From positions 1-64,000 of the forward strand of contig DAHVQG010000010.1 in the NCBI GenBank assembly GCA_027317865.1: DNA of 64,000 nucleotides. Reading direction: 5' to 3'. The position numbers and the translations under genes are program-made. The notes beneath the pieces were generated by a model that ran no database searches, was not told the origin of the DNA, and worked only from the letters and a program-made list of their open reading frames with translations. The stretch comes from Bdellovibrionales bacterium. Lineage in GTDB: Bacteria > Bdellovibrionota > Bdellovibrionia > Bdellovibrionales > UBA1609. Positions 30,092 to 39,859 of the stretch are shown here, one piece after another. The stretch's first letter is position 1. The number at the start of each line of letters is the position of its first letter.

Positions 30092-31663
30092 TCAAAACAT
30101 GTAATATAAGCCGCCGGAGAAAACATCTTGCTCTTGGCTAGATGTGGCTCCGGCGGAAAAATTGCTCGCAAACAAATCAAAATCAAGCTCAATCCGAGCC
30201 TTTAAATTCACCCGAAGTTGTTTATCTAAAAAAATCCCGAATTGAGTCGCACTATTGCTGGATGAGCCCGTCGACGTCGGCGACTCGTGAAGAGACGGAT
30301 TAAACATATAGTAAAAATTTGCCCCAACGCCGTAGGGGGATTGCGGGTTTATTGGGTACCATCCCGATAAACCGAGTTCAGGACCCGAATATGTCTTTGA
30401 AGTGATACCGGCCGGTGTTGATTGATCGACATACATTGAATAGTTCGCATATCCAAACAAAAGCTCAAGTTTTGGCGCTTCAATCGACTGCGCAAGCCGT
30501 ATGTTATAGCCGAACAAAAAGTCGTAATACGATAAGCGGTGAGAAAGCGTTGACGGCGTTCCGCCCGAAACGGGATTACTTGTAGAAATAATGCCTTGGC
30601 GGATGTGTGCATGTGCGCTCCAAGTCGGTGTAAGCCACAAAACGCCATCTAAAAAAATCGAGGGATAAATATTAGCCGAGTCATCAAGCGACGTGGACGT
30701 CAGGTGGACGTTCTCGGTATATTTGCCAACTCCTAAGCGTACGCCAACCATCCCGAACGTTGGTTCGGGTGTGGGGACCCATGCGGTTGGGCTTTTGCCG
30801 TAAGTCGATTTTGCCCCGGGTTGCATTAAAAGCGAACCGACCGGAGTTTGAAGATTCGATAGTGAGTTGTTTTCAGGATATTTAACGTAATCAAACGGCG
30901 CAATCTTTGAATCCACTTCAATCGCGCCCGGTTCGATTTCATTGATGACTCTACCAAAACTCAATGTGCTTTGTACTTTTAAAAGCCGTACCTGTCCGAT
31001 GATGCTTTTCACTGAACTAACCATAAAATGAAATTTTGGATGCCGTGTGATTTTCACGATTTGTATAACCGTTAAAATTTCTCCCGGCTTTACGCCGTCG
31101 AGCTTACCCAAGTTAACAGTTACGCGGGTGCCTTGGCGACTGAGAATAAGCCCGCTGTACGGTAACTTTTGGAATAATCGGCGCAACATCTTTTTGACCT
31201 GAAACTTAAGTGCGGCGATCGAAAACAACTGAATGTTCTCCCGGCGAACTTGAACCAAAAGCTGTTTGTCGCTTTTTAAAAAAAGATCCATTTTAACGCT
31301 GACCCCGAGCGGGCCTTTGGCGATGCTGACGGCAATGAACGCATCAGAAGGAAAGTTTAAAAATATTTTTTTCACGAGACCTGAGTTTTGCTCGAGTTCG
31401 TCGGGGGTCGTAATTGGCCCGGCGTAGTTCGAGCTTAGATAATTAAAATGATGCGAACGCTTGAGCAGTTGCGTGAGATATTTTTCTATGGGCCGCGAAT
31501 AAATTCCGCCCAAGTTGTCAAAAACGGGCAGCAACGATATGGACCTAACCGTCAGCTCGGCGTCGACCGGGCTCTGGTAATCGATGCTTGTTTGTGCCCA
31601 AGCGTTTAAGGTTAAAGCTAAGGCGGCTGACAAGACGATGGTCGTAAGCGCGAGAAGTTTCAT
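30092..31663 (-). CDS. Secreted protein with probable C-terminal outer-membrane beta-barrel
   Basis: Signal peptide; alternating beta-strand pattern; C-terminal GGLYYMF. Confidence 0.65.
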   Translation of the reverse strand: MKLLALTTIVLSAALALTLNAWAQTSIDYQSPVDAELTVRSISLLPVFDNLGGIYSRPIEKYLTQLLKRSHHFNYLSSNYAGPITTPDELEQNSGLVKKIFLNFPSDAFIAVSIAKGPLGVSVKMDLFLKSDKQLLVQVRRENIQLFSIAALKFQVKKMLRRLFQKLPYSGLILSRQGTRVTVNLGKLDGVKPGEILTVIQIVKITRHPKFHFMVSSVKSIIGQVRLLKVQSTLSFGRVINEIEPGAIEVDSKIAPFDYVKYPENNSLSNLQTPVGSLLMQPGAKSTYGKSPTAWVPTPEPTFGMVGVRLGVGKYTENVHLTSTSLDDSANIYPSIFLDGVLWLTPTWSAHAHIRQGIISTSNPVSGGTPSTLSHRLSYYDFLFGYNIRLAQSIEAPKLELLFGYANYSMYVDQSTPAGITSKTYSGPELGLSGWYPINPQSPYGVGANFYYMFNPSLHESPTSTGSSSNSATQFGIFLDKQLRVNLKARIELDFDLFASNFSAGATSSQEQDVFSGGLYYMF

Positions 31664-31699
31664 ATTTTAATTCTGCCACGGTGAATCGCACGGTCAATT

Positions 31700-32872
31700 T
31701 TGATCAAGACAATGCGCAAAAAATCCGAAATGGGGATTGTGAAAACCTCTCGAAATTGCTTCGCAGTTCTTAAAATTATTGGCGCTTTTTGCGTGCTCTG
31801 CTCAATTTCAACGGTTGCGCAGGCGCAAATCGACCCCGCAACCTCGCTTTTGATTCAATCAAGTGACTCAGGCAACGGTAACCTCGACTCAAGTCGGTAT
31901 GTCACTCGACCAGCCCCGGTTCTTATGCGGGAAAAACCACAAACACCGAAGGCAGCCCCGGCTAAAGTTGCAACGCCGGTGCAAGTGACGCACCCGAAAT
32001 ACGTTTCCACAATTTCGACGGTTGCGCAAAAAGTGAAGCCGATCAAAGAGAAAACCTCAAAAGTTCCTACAACTTCAACGACCGCGGCGAATGCTGCGCC
32101 AACTCCAACCGAATATCGTTGGTATGAACCATTGCCGCCGGGGATATATCCAAAGGACGAGCGATATAATATTGCGGATATTTCAATTGCTCCGGGAGTA
32201 TTTTACGCTTCTGCCGCTAGCGCCTATTGGTATCGCCGTTACTTCACGAGCAGCCCTTCGGTAGACGCGAATATTGACCTATGGTTTAACCCCAGCTTTG
32301 GTTTGAAGTTTAATTACTTCACGTCTCTGGGAGCATCGATTCACGATTCGCCAACAAGCGATCAGTCGGCGCCGGCTACGACTCAAATTTACAATGGGGG
32401 GGTGAATTTTCGAAAATATTTTTCACCTTCAAGACGCTCGCCGAGCGTGACCTTTTCGTTGGCGTATAACCAATACAATTTGAACGTGCCAAGTGCTGAT
32501 AAAAATAGAATTGATTTAAATACTTCAGGGCCCGATTTTGGGTTTTTACTTAAATACCCGACCTCAGTTTCGCAGGCATGGCTTTTAAGCTCTGACATTA
32601 TGCCAAGCCTCACTGAATCGGAGCACACAACCGGAATTTCGGTCTCAAGCGGCGACAGCCCGAGCGCTTACGCTGTTAAGATCGGGTTTGGAAAAGAATT
32701 TATGTTAAGCCGGGGCGAACAAGTCTTTTGGAAGTTATCTGAGCGCTACGACAAAGTGATTTACTTGGGCACGGCAAGCCAAGCTGACCCGGCTTCTGGG
32801 GGCACTCCCAGCGGAGTGGATGTTTCGACAAGCACGACGATTTTCGAAGTCGGTATCACGTGGGGCGATTAA
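31700..32872 (+). CDS. Probable outer-membrane beta-barrel protein with Pro/Thr-rich N-terminal linker
   Basis: Signal-like segment ending AQA; P/T/K-rich stretch; amphipathic strands; C-terminal FEVGITWGD; start uncertain. Confidence 0.6.
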   Translation: MIKTMRKKSEMGIVKTSRNCFAVLKIIGAFCVLCSISTVAQAQIDPATSLLIQSSDSGNGNLDSSRYVTRPAPVLMREKPQTPKAAPAKVATPVQVTHPKYVSTISTVAQKVKPIKEKTSKVPTTSTTAANAAPTPTEYRWYEPLPPGIYPKDERYNIADISIAPGVFYASAASAYWYRRYFTSSPSVDANIDLWFNPSFGLKFNYFTSLGASIHDSPTSDQSAPATTQIYNGGVNFRKYFSPSRRSPSVTFSLAYNQYNLNVPSADKNRIDLNTSGPDFGFLLKYPTSVSQAWLLSSDIMPSLTESEHTTGISVSSGDSPSAYAVKIGFGKEFMLSRGEQVFWKLSERYDKVIYLGTASQADPASGGTPSGVDVSTSTTIFEVGITWGD

Positions 32873-32912
32873 ACGCGCCGAATACACAAGACTTAGGCTG
32901 TCGATTTAATTT

Positions 32913-33593
32913 CTAATTTTGGTCTACTTCACTGGGGATCGGCGGTTTTTCGGACTGTTCAAGAAGCTTACGTTCATGCCGCGCAACGAGCACTTTAAAC
33001 CAAACGTAAAGAGCAAAGAGCGCAATGACGGCAACAATAAGATAGCGTTGCATGCGCAATGCAAAATCGAGCGACTGGTCGAGATTGCCGCCAAAAAACC
33101 AGCCGATATAAAGCCAAATCGGGACCATGATAAGTGCCGCGCAGAAATCTAAAGCAAGAAATAAAAGTGGTCTTACACCCATTATTCCTGAAGTTAAATA
33201 AATGGCGGCGCGAAGCCCGGGCAGAAAGCGCGCGGTAAAGCAGATAAACTTTGAATTGCTCAATACCTTTTGACGTGCGATTTGAATACGCGCCTCTGTA
33301 AAAATTGAGCGAAATACGGGCAGCCGAAAAACCCGATAACCAAAAGCCCGACCGAGAAAAAACAAAATCGAGTCGCTGGCTAAAACTCCAAAAATGCAAA
33401 CGCCGATTGCAATTGGCATTTGGATGCTTCTGAGTGCGGCCAATACTCCAGCTGATATAATTGTCAGGTCTTCAGGTATCGGCACTCCGAGACCACAAGA
33501 CACAAGAAAGCCAAAAATCAGGACGTAAGCCCTAAAGCCTGAAAATCCAGACAAGAAAGTTATGAGTTTAATGGTGAATTTGGAGTGTTTCAC
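32913..33593 (-). CDS. DedA-family membrane protein
   Basis: GLGVPIPED, D..LFFLGR, ARFLPGLR. Confidence 0.9.
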   Translation of the reverse strand: MKHSKFTIKLITFLSGFSGFRAYVLIFGFLVSCGLGVPIPEDLTIISAGVLAALRSIQMPIAIGVCIFGVLASDSILFFLGRAFGYRVFRLPVFRSIFTEARIQIARQKVLSNSKFICFTARFLPGLRAAIYLTSGIMGVRPLLFLALDFCAALIMVPIWLYIGWFFGGNLDQSLDFALRMQRYLIVAVIALFALYVWFKVLVARHERKLLEQSEKPPIPSEVDQN

Positions 33594-33621
33594 AATAGGG
33601 GCTCAGAGTATAATAGTTAGC

Positions 33622-34026
33622 ATGGGTTTCAAACTCGTTATAGTTGATGATGCGGCGTTTATCCGCGAGGCGATGAAATCGTTGTTGCAAGATACTGATT
33701 TTGAGTGCGTTGGCGAAGCCGCAGATGGCGAGCAGGCGCTAGAAGTAATCGATCAGTGTAAACCCGACGTGGTGATTTTAGATTTAATTCTCCCCAAAAA
33801 AAACGGAATCGAAGTTGCCGCCGAGCTTTTAAAGCGAAAATCACCGGCGCAAATTATTGCGTGTTCGACCGAGGGGCAAGAGGGATTAATGATCCAAGCC
33901 ATCGATGTGGGTTGCCACAATTTTTTAACTAAGCCATTTACCGCAGACACTCTCAAAAGAGTGCTTCGCGCAGCGGCCGTGAAACCGGAAAAACCAATGA
34001 AGGAGGGGTCTAATGGAGGCATTTAG
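33622..34026 (+). CDS. Single-domain response regulator (CheY-like)
   Basis: VIVDDAAFIR, ILDLILP, FLTKPF. Confidence 0.9.
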   Translation: MGFKLVIVDDAAFIREAMKSLLQDTDFECVGEAADGEQALEVIDQCKPDVVILDLILPKKNGIEVAAELLKRKSPAQIIACSTEGQEGLMIQAIDVGCHNFLTKPFTADTLKRVLRAAAVKPEKPMKEGSNGGI

Positions 34027-34300
34027 CTTCGTCATAAAGACAACAATTTTAACTATTATTGTGGTTTTACTTTTACAGATAAAATGGGGACATCGGACAC
34101 TTGAACATTATGCGATGCAAGCCCTGACTTCTTCAGAAGTTGTGCAGCCGCTTAATCAAACAGCTCATGGAGCAGTGATTTTCGCTCGCTCCGCCTGGGA
34201 CCGATTTATTCTTTCATTTCACAACGAACCAGGATTTCGGCGTATATTGCCGTCTGAATTCACCCACCGCTCGCATGCGGCGCAGTCCAGAGAAAACTAG
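34013..34300 (+). CDS. Small membrane-anchored hypothetical protein
   Basis: RBS AGGAGG; N-terminal hydrophobic helix; overlaps the response regulator end. Confidence 0.7.
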   Translation: MEAFSFVIKTTILTIIVVLLLQIKWGHRTLEHYAMQALTSSEVVQPLNQTAHGAVIFARSAWDRFILSFHNEPGFRRILPSEFTHRSHAAQSREN

Positions 34301-34365
34301 AGAACCTCTCGAACATGATGTCGATTGATTTGAGACCGGCCCTGTGTACGGCGAAATTTGGGCAG

Positions 34366-34515
34366 TTACTGTGCGCTGCCGCCAGTGGCACCCGATACGA
34401 CGGTGGTTACAGCGTTGGGGTTTGATTGGCTATATAATTGTCGTGAACTGCAGGCGAATGCCTGAGCAGCAGAAAGCCCTAGCAATAAAATGATGGCAAT
34501 GGTTAGAGTCTTCAT
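34366..34515 (-). CDS. 49-aa secreted peptide (MKTLTIAIILLLGLSAAQAFACSSRQLYSQSNPNAVTTVVSGATGGSAQ), not in ORF track
   Basis: Translated by hand; RBS AAGGGAGA; Sec signal peptide; sigma54 promoter just upstream. Confidence 0.75.
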   Translation of the reverse strand: MKTLTIAIILLLGLSAAQAFACSSRQLYSQSNPNAVTTVVSGATGGSAQ

Positions 34516-34544
34516 GTTCGTTTCTCCCTTTAAAGTACCTAGAA

Positions 34545-34560
34545 TGCGAAGCGTATGCCA
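34545..34560 (-). promoter_or_regulatory. Sigma54-type -24/-12 promoter
   Basis: Minus-strand TGGCATACGCTTCGCA, GG/GC at canonical spacing, 30 bp upstream of the ATG at 34515. Confidence 0.65.
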
Positions 34561-34585
34561 AACAAGCCCATGTGATTTTCAATAG

Positions 34586-34870
34586 TTATCGGCTTTGGGC
34601 CTGGCGGTCTTTAGCTAAACTTTTGACAGGTGTCGAACGAAAATCGTCGCTTAAGTACTCGCGCGCAAGCTCGGCCGTCGGGATGTTTGTCTGTTTAAAC
34701 AAACTCAAATTTGAAGCTGAGTTCGAAGGACTGATTTGAGCCGTTGTGATGGTGGCCTCAGGGGCAATTTTCTTTGTCTCATTTTGAGACACAAGGCCGG
34801 CAAAACTAACGCCGGTGATCCCGGCTACGACAAGATTAGCGAGAATATTGTTCAACATTTTGCGCGACAT
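34586..34870 (-). CDS. Small (94 aa) exported, probably disordered protein at the hit-locus position
   Basis: RBS AAAGGAGGG before ATG at 34870; hydrophobic N-terminus; S/T/A/Q-rich body; directly downstream of the YD-repeat gene. Confidence 0.65.
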   Translation of the reverse strand: MSRKMLNNILANLVVAGITGVSFAGLVSQNETKKIAPEATITTAQISPSNSASNLSLFKQTNIPTAELAREYLSDDFRSTPVKSLAKDRQAQSR

Positions 34871-34902
34871 GGGGTCCCTCCCTTTATTACTCAAGCACAA
34901 CG

Positions 34903-36633
34903 TCAGATATTTGTGATATCGGCGGTGGCGGGCGAGATGAGATCCACAAGATTGCTAAAGACGTTTGCGACTTGCAACTCAGTCACCAGATTTTCGTGTT
35001 TCACTGCCGCCATTCGATTAATCGAACCATTACTGTTGTAGGTAAATCGAATGGCGCCGAGACCGGGGCGGATAATCAATGATGGCTTACCAAATTGGTC
35101 GTTATATTTTATCAACACAAGGCGCTTGGCCTGATCTTCTATGGAGCTGATCCGGCCCATGTAATCGTAGCCGATTTTTGCAAATTGCCCGTCTGAATTT
35201 TTCACAACAGTTAGATTGCAGCGAGGAGCATTATAAAAAAACTGCGTGGTGATGGTTTTGACGTGATACCGTCCGCTACTGGGCTCTCGCTCATTAAATC
35301 TCGCAACCGTTTCAGACAACTTATGGCAACTGTTATCGTAAGAATAGACCTGAGAAAAATTACCCGAGGACTTTGATTTGAGATTACCGTCCGGATAATA
35401 AGCAAAGCGTGTGACTTGATTGTTATGCCGGATTTCGATGGGGCTGCCAAATAGAGGATGGTAAAGTGTTTCAGTCGTGTCAGTTTTAGCGATTGTTCTA
35501 ACAAAATGCCTTCCGTGCTCGATCACGGGCACGCGGATAAACCTGTGCACAACGGCGAGGGTTTTGGCCAAATAAAGGCCCTTTTTTGAATTTCTGTACC
35601 AAAAAGAGAAGTAACTCTTGTTTGTAACAAGATTATGGCAAGTTTTAACAACGCTTGAACTGTAGTGATTTACATCGCGTGGATTAGCGTCGTAGGCGTA
35701 CCGCTCCAGGCAGCCGTGACGATCGCGGTAACTGGTAATCCAGTCTCTGGCGTTATTGTACGTCATGGCTTCAAATGTTCGATCCGGAAAGAGTACGTGA
35801 GTCATGTTTTCATATTTATTGTAGGCATATCTGTATGTTTTATGTTTGGCATTGTTTACGGCGACGAGGTCTTCGCCCCGGTAATAATAGTGACTACTCA
35901 TCCCATCCGGTCCGGTTACAAAACTCACATAATGAGTGTGCGGCCAATAGTGAAATTGAAGCGATTTTCCGGTGTTGTCGAATACACTGACAATCAGGCC
36001 GTTACGGCGGTTGATTCGCAAATAATTGCCGTCGCGATCACCCATTCGGATCAAATGTCCATTGCGGTCAAAAATTTGCGTCGACCCGTTGGCAAAGGTT
36101 CGAACGTAGTCGTTGCCGTTAAACACGATCGTGTCGTCGGCCCGGCCTTCGGCAAAATATTTAACGCCTCTATCGACTCTTGCCGGTAAGTGCAGTTGTT
36201 TGGCCATTTCATCGCGCAAATCCGGATCGATGCGCAGTTGTCTTTCGATCGCATTAAAGTAGTCTTGGCTGCGTCCGGGATGTCGCTTTCGAATGGCCGC
36301 CATAATGGCCGTTATACCGGCGTTTGGTTGCTCCGATCGATTATTTAAAAACACGATTTCGTTACCCGAGCCTGTGTGAACTCGAAGAGTATTATCAACA
36401 GTGACCCTAAGGCTTGTTTCAAACTCAGTGCGCCAGCCAAACCCGAACATTCCATTGTGAAGCGACCGGCTGTTGTAGGTGCGCGTGATGCGCAGGCTGT
36501 ATCCGCCCGATGGCGCCACAAGGTCGGTCCACGTTTGCGAAAAGTTGGCGTTTCGCATATCGATGACCGCGTAAGCGGGAACAGTGACAATAATAAACCC
36601 GATGATTAACAAAATATGACGGCAAGACTTCAT
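34903..36633 (-). CDS. Secreted YD/RHS-repeat protein (DUF6531-like N-terminus), Bd0109-like
   Basis: Signal peptide; ITRTYNS...GMFGFGW; multiple YxYD/YxY repeats; RBS AGGGAG; no recognisable RHS core or toxin tip. Confidence 0.85.
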   Translation of the reverse strand: MKSCRHILLIIGFIIVTVPAYAVIDMRNANFSQTWTDLVAPSGGYSLRITRTYNSRSLHNGMFGFGWRTEFETSLRVTVDNTLRVHTGSGNEIVFLNNRSEQPNAGITAIMAAIRKRHPGRSQDYFNAIERQLRIDPDLRDEMAKQLHLPARVDRGVKYFAEGRADDTIVFNGNDYVRTFANGSTQIFDRNGHLIRMGDRDGNYLRINRRNGLIVSVFDNTGKSLQFHYWPHTHYVSFVTGPDGMSSHYYYRGEDLVAVNNAKHKTYRYAYNKYENMTHVLFPDRTFEAMTYNNARDWITSYRDRHGCLERYAYDANPRDVNHYSSSVVKTCHNLVTNKSYFSFWYRNSKKGLYLAKTLAVVHRFIRVPVIEHGRHFVRTIAKTDTTETLYHPLFGSPIEIRHNNQVTRFAYYPDGNLKSKSSGNFSQVYSYDNSCHKLSETVARFNEREPSSGRYHVKTITTQFFYNAPRCNLTVVKNSDGQFAKIGYDYMGRISSIEDQAKRLVLIKYNDQFGKPSLIIRPGLGAIRFTYNSNGSINRMAAVKHENLVTELQVANVFSNLVDLISPATADITNI

Positions 36634-36694
36634 TTGCGCACTCCCTTGCAGCAAATTTCAATTTCATGAAAATCGCACGGAGCACAGGCCCCGC

Positions 36695-37591
36695 TTATAC
36701 TTTAATTGTAACAATTTTTTTCATCATGAGACCACCCATCACTTGCAGACCTATCATAAAGAATAGGGCGAGCCAGCCCAAAGGCCGGGTGAAAAGTGGC
36801 ATAACAAAGCTTGGGTCGCCGATAAAAAACATAATGAGAAGCGCAAACGGTACGCAGGTCACAATGATCGCCTGCATTATGCCCTGCGAAGTCATCGCCT
36901 CTATTCTCCGTTCGATTTTTTGCCTCTCCCGAATGGTCGTGGTTATCGTTGCAAATGTCTCGGCTAAATTACCGCCGGTTTCTTTTAAAATGTTAACCCC
37001 TGAAACGAACATTTGAACATCCGGTCGCGGGATTCGATCGCCGAATTCGTTCAATGCCTCTTCAACCGAGCGGCCCAAACGAATTTGATTTAAAATCAGA
37101 GTAAACTCTTGTGTGATCGGGCCCGACATGTTATCCGTTACGCGCTCCATAGCTTGAGGCACGCTCAATCCGGCCCCGACACTGTTTGCCATAATGGTCA
37201 TGCCGTCGACCATTTGATCGACGATGCGGTTACAGCGTTTCTCCCACATATTGCGAAGTATGATTTTGGGAGTGGACCACCCCGCCATGGCCATAACGGT
37301 GCCGAAAAACAAACCCGCCACAACGTTCGGCCAAAGAGCCAGAAAGAATATAAAGCCAAGGCCAAAACTAATAAGTAAAACTGAGGCGAATAGCTTTTTG
37401 CGATCAGTTTCGACGTACAATTTATCGAGAAGTTCGTAGAGGTCTTCGCGCTGGCCAAGTGTTCGCCGGTGAATGATGTTTAAAAGTTTTTCGCTGTATA
37501 TGTACGAGAGAAAAAAAACAATGGCGCCGACCCATATGATGACCGCGAGTTGATTGCCAAACAGAAGGTGCCAAATTTCATGTGCCATCAT
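36695..37591 (-). CDS. tadB: Tad pilus inner-membrane platform protein
   Basis: ANSVGAGLSVPQA, ETGGNLAE, IRERQKIERRIEAMTSQG. Confidence 0.9.
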   Translation of the reverse strand: MMAHEIWHLLFGNQLAVIIWVGAIVFFLSYIYSEKLLNIIHRRTLGQREDLYELLDKLYVETDRKKLFASVLLISFGLGFIFFLALWPNVVAGLFFGTVMAMAGWSTPKIILRNMWEKRCNRIVDQMVDGMTIMANSVGAGLSVPQAMERVTDNMSGPITQEFTLILNQIRLGRSVEEALNEFGDRIPRPDVQMFVSGVNILKETGGNLAETFATITTTIRERQKIERRIEAMTSQGIMQAIIVTCVPFALLIMFFIGDPSFVMPLFTRPLGWLALFFMIGLQVMGGLMMKKIVTIKV

Positions 37592-39849
37592 GTGCCTCCG
37601 CTTGCCTTTTTAATCGGGTTTGCTTTGGCTACAGGATTTGGCTTAGCTGCCGCGCGGGCGACGGCCCCAGATCCAGCACTTGGCGCCGGTGCATGCGACG
37701 AATTTGTGGTAAATAAGTTTCGGGGAATTTTAATCCCACGATTTTCAAATTTCTCAATAAACGTGGGGATAAGGCCCATCGCTTGAAACTGCCCCATCAC
37801 TCGACGATTTTTGTCAAAGCCTTCTTCTTTAAACCGAAAAATTTCTTGAAGGGTCATGGCTTCGCCGGTCATCCCAACGACTTCGGTAATACTCGAAACT
37901 TTTCTGCTCCCGTCGGAGTAGCGCGAAATCTGAACAATCAAATTGATGGCTGAGCCGATTTGTTCACGTATCGCGCGTGCCGGCAACTCCATTCCCGCCA
38001 TCAAACAAAGGGTTTCAAGCCGTGAAGTGGCTTCACGTGGAGTGTTTGCGTGTACGGTTGTCATCGATCCGTCATGACCGGTATTCATTGCCTGAAGCAT
38101 GTCGAGTGCCGCGCCATCACGGCATTCACCAACGACGATTCGATCAGGGCGCATGCGAAGGGCGTTTCGAACGAGGTCGCGAATGGTAATTTCGCCTGAA
38201 CCCTCCATGTTCGCGGGTCGTGTTTCAAGCCGCACGACATGATCTTGTTTGAGTTGCAACTCTGCTGCGTCTTCGATTGTAACAATGCGCTCAGCAGACG
38301 GAATAAACCCGGACAGCACGTTGAGAAGTGTTGTTTTACCGGTGCCAGTTCCACCAGAAATGATAATGTTCAAGCCTTCTTCAACGCAGACCTTTAAAAA
38401 ATCCGCCATAGGTTGCGTAAGTGACAAGTACCGGCCTACATAGTCTTCCATTGTTATGCGCTCGGCGGGGAATTTTCGAATGGTGAGGGCGGGTCCGTCG
38501 ATCGCAAGCGGTTCAATAATGGCGTTCACGCGGCTGCCGTCTTGTAAGCGGGCATCACAATAAGGAGTTTTTTCGTCAATGCGACGGCCAAGCGGGCTCA
38601 CAATTCTTTCAATGACGTTTCGTAGTTGCAGATTTGAGGTAAATGTTATGGGTGAGAGCTGTAGCCGCCCGCTTTTTTCAATGTAAATGCGATCCGAACC
38701 GTTGACCATAATTTCTGTCACAGTGGGGTCGGCTAATAACTCCTCAAGTGGCCCAAGCCCAAGAGCTTCATCAAGAACTTGTTTGATCACAGCGGCACGA
38801 TCTTCTCGGGTAAGAGACCCCCCAATGCGATCGACAATTTGCGAGATTGCCTTTTGTGTTTTGGTGCGAAGTTCCTTTTCTTTAACCGGATCGCCTTGCG
38901 TGCCACTGAGATCTTTTTTGAGATCCATTTCGCGAATGAGTGTGGAATGAACTTGTAGTTTCAGATGAATGAGTGGCGACAGCTCCCGCTGCTTCGATTT
39001 GATTTTGGTCTCACGCGAAACATCGCGCAGTTCAAGGAGATTTGTTGTTGAGCCGGGTCCTGGTTGCAAGCTTTTTGGTTTAGACAATGTTTTAAGTTTT
39101 TGAAGAATGCCACCGGTAAGGCGGCGAACTAAATCGAAGTATGCCTGCGCCAGCGGAGTTTGGGGCGCCGATAGCACAAAAGGCGTGGAGCGTTGAACAG
39201 ACGCATAAGCTGTAATTTCGTCTTGCGGCACGAGCGCCAGCACGGGCCGGCCGAGCGTTTGTGAAATAAGTCGTGGGTCTAATCCGGTTCGGCCAACATT
39301 ATTGACGACCAGTTGGAAAAACTCCTGCGGAACTGTTCTTGCGACTAAATCCTGCATCAACCTTTTAGTCTGATTCACCGCGAGCACTTCGGGGGTCGTA
39401 AGCGTCATAATGACGTTACCTTCTTCGAGTGCGGCGGTTTGCAAATCGTTAATTTCGTTGCCGCAGTCAGCGACGATAAAATTATAATACTGGCTTACAG
39501 TTGAAATCTGCTTTTTAAAAAGTCCAATCGGAGCGGCAAGCGACTGATCACTTGAAGTTACGGCGCCAATGTAGTGAAGGCCGGACGGATGCGCGGTGAT
39601 TAAACTCTCAAGTGATTGCGCTGTAATAACGCCCGTGTAATTTGTAAACTCGGCGACCGTTTTTTTCGGTCGAAGGCCGGTGATAATATTTTGATCGCCG
39701 CAAGAACGCGCGTCCAAATCAATTAGCAAAACTTTGGCGCGCAATTCGCTCATGAGGGCAAAAGCCAAGTTTGCCGCAAATACACTTTTACCAACGCCGC
39801 CTTTGCCGCCGATAACTGTTATAAAGTGGCAGTTGGCATGAATAGACAT
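37588..39849 (-). CDS. tadA: TadZ/CpaE (MinD-like) - TadA/CpaF ATPase fusion
   Basis: N-terminal deviant Walker [11 protein letters not shown]-terminal [35 protein letters not shown]. Confidence 0.92.
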   Translation of the reverse strand: MSIHANCHFITVIGGKGGVGKSVFAANLAFALMSELRAKVLLIDLDARSCGDQNIITGLRPKKTVAEFTNYTGVITAQSLESLITAHPSGLHYIGAVTSSDQSLAAPIGLFKKQISTVSQYYNFIVADCGNEINDLQTAALEEGNVIMTLTTPEVLAVNQTKRLMQDLVARTVPQEFFQLVVNNVGRTGLDPRLISQTLGRPVLALVPQDEITAYASVQRSTPFVLSAPQTPLAQAYFDLVRRLTGGILQKLKTLSKPKSLQPGPGSTTNLLELRDVSRETKIKSKQRELSPLIHLKLQVHSTLIREMDLKKDLSGTQGDPVKEKELRTKTQKAISQIVDRIGGSLTREDRAAVIKQVLDEALGLGPLEELLADPTVTEIMVNGSDRIYIEKSGRLQLSPITFTSNLQLRNVIERIVSPLGRRIDEKTPYCDARLQDGSRVNAIIEPLAIDGPALTIRKFPAERITMEDYVGRYLSLTQPMADFLKVCVEEGLNIIISGGTGTGKTTLLNVLSGFIPSAERIVTIEDAAELQLKQDHVVRLETRPANMEGSGEITIRDLVRNALRMRPDRIVVGECRDGAALDMLQAMNTGHDGSMTTVHANTPREATSRLETLCLMAGMELPARAIREQIGSAINLIVQISRYSDGSRKVSSITEVVGMTGEAMTLQEIFRFKEEGFDKNRRVMGQFQAMGLIPTFIEKFENRGIKIPRNLFTTNSSHAPAPSAGSGAVARAAAKPNPVAKANPIKKASGGT

Positions 39850-39859
39850 AGCAAATCAC

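Noticed and set aside
34903-36633. Rhs polymorphic toxin
   Set aside because: Too short, has a Sec signal, no PxxxxDPxG core motif, no toxin tip or immunity gene recognised
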